Below are positions 63,401 through 64,000 of a stretch of 64,000 bases of DNA, one piece after another. The stretch lies in assembly GCF_009914755.1 (NCBI RefSeq), contig NC_060936.1; one strand, 5' to 3'. How positions within the stretch are numbered: position 1 is the stretch's first letter; the number at the start of each line of letters is the position of its first letter. Under the pieces are notes generated by a model. That model was given only the letters and a program-made list of their open reading frames with translations. It was not told the DNA's origin and did no database searches. The position numbers and the translations under genes are program-made. The stretch is from the human T2T-CHM13v2.0 reference genome, Homo sapiens.

Positions 63401-63440
63401 TGGAGAACCCTTCCATTCAGGTATCTTGCTCTACCTCTAC
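60437..63440 (-). mobile_element. Old L1 (L1PB/L1MA-type) 5'UTR and partial ORF1
   Basis: Antisense ORF1 (TTCCTTCAGCACTTT, CTGTAAGGTTTCCACTG); ORF1 start context CATCCAGGAAAACATCACCTCACCA (~61000-61025); GC-richer repetitive 5'UTR. Confidence 0.85.
61272..62524. repeat. Long inverted repeat: arms 61272-61590 and 62204-62524, 613-bp spacer
   Basis: Arms are reverse complements with about 15 mismatches in 320 bp by manual count; ORF track shows the shared peptide RERERERDSFVWERVRKGKK on opposite strands. Confidence 0.97.
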
Positions 63441-63449
63441 CTCTCTCTA

Positions 63450-64000
63450 AGATACATTTTTTTTGTATTCAACATATAATTGGTTTTATTCTTTTCATTC
63501 ATTTTGACGATGTCTTCATTGGTGTACTTAGACAAGTAATATTTAAGTTGACTAATTATATATTATAATTAATACCTACCATGTTTATAATCTTTCTAAA
63601 TTTTGCATTTCCTTTGTTTCTCTCCCTTCCATCTATTTCTGTTCTTTCTGGTTTTAATTGATTGTTTTATGTGATTTGATACTAGCTGATGTCTGAGGAT
63701 ACACATTACACTTAGAATGTATCGAATTCCTTTATACATCCCTTGTGATATTGTTGTCAGTCATTTCATTTATCCATGTGCTATAATCACCAAATACATT
63801 GTTACTATTATTACATTAAACAAGCAATTATCTTCAAGATAATAAGAGACATATAAGATTTTTTATTCTTAAAAAAAACTCCATTTATTCCTTCTCTTAC
63901 ACTCTTCCTTTCCTTAGACCCAAGAAAATAGCAGTTCCCTTCTGCTCAAATAATTTTGTTTATTATTTCCTGTGGGAGGTATGGCATGGTGGCAATAAAT
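63450..64000 (-). mobile_element. Old L1M remnant
   Basis: T-rich degenerate L1M-like sequence. Confidence 0.45.

Overview
Primate (probably human) nuclear DNA, very AT-rich and dominated by interspersed repeats. I found no protein-coding gene, RNA gene, CpG island or CRISPR array; most of the longer ORFs in the track are decayed transposon reading frames or their antisense shadows. The window holds several L1 copies of different ages (including a near-full-length L1PA10-like copy and a twin-primed L1PA3), two LTR-truncated HERV-L internal fragments, MLT2/MST/MER54-type LTRs, Alus, a full-length dead Hsmar1 mariner, a Cheshire-type hAT transposase fossil, Tigger2a and MIRs. I did not find a convincing new biological system. 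The most unusual structures are: (1) a 110-bp mitochondrial ATP6 fragment (NUMT) inside L1 ORF2; (2) a ~320-bp, ~95% identical inverted templated duplication inside an old L1 5'UTR; (3) a co-oriented HERV-L gag/pol-to-L1 5'UTR fusion; (4) a three-level L1-in-L1-in-L1 nest. Subfamily names come from recall of consensus sequences, not database searches, and boundaries of old elements are approximate.
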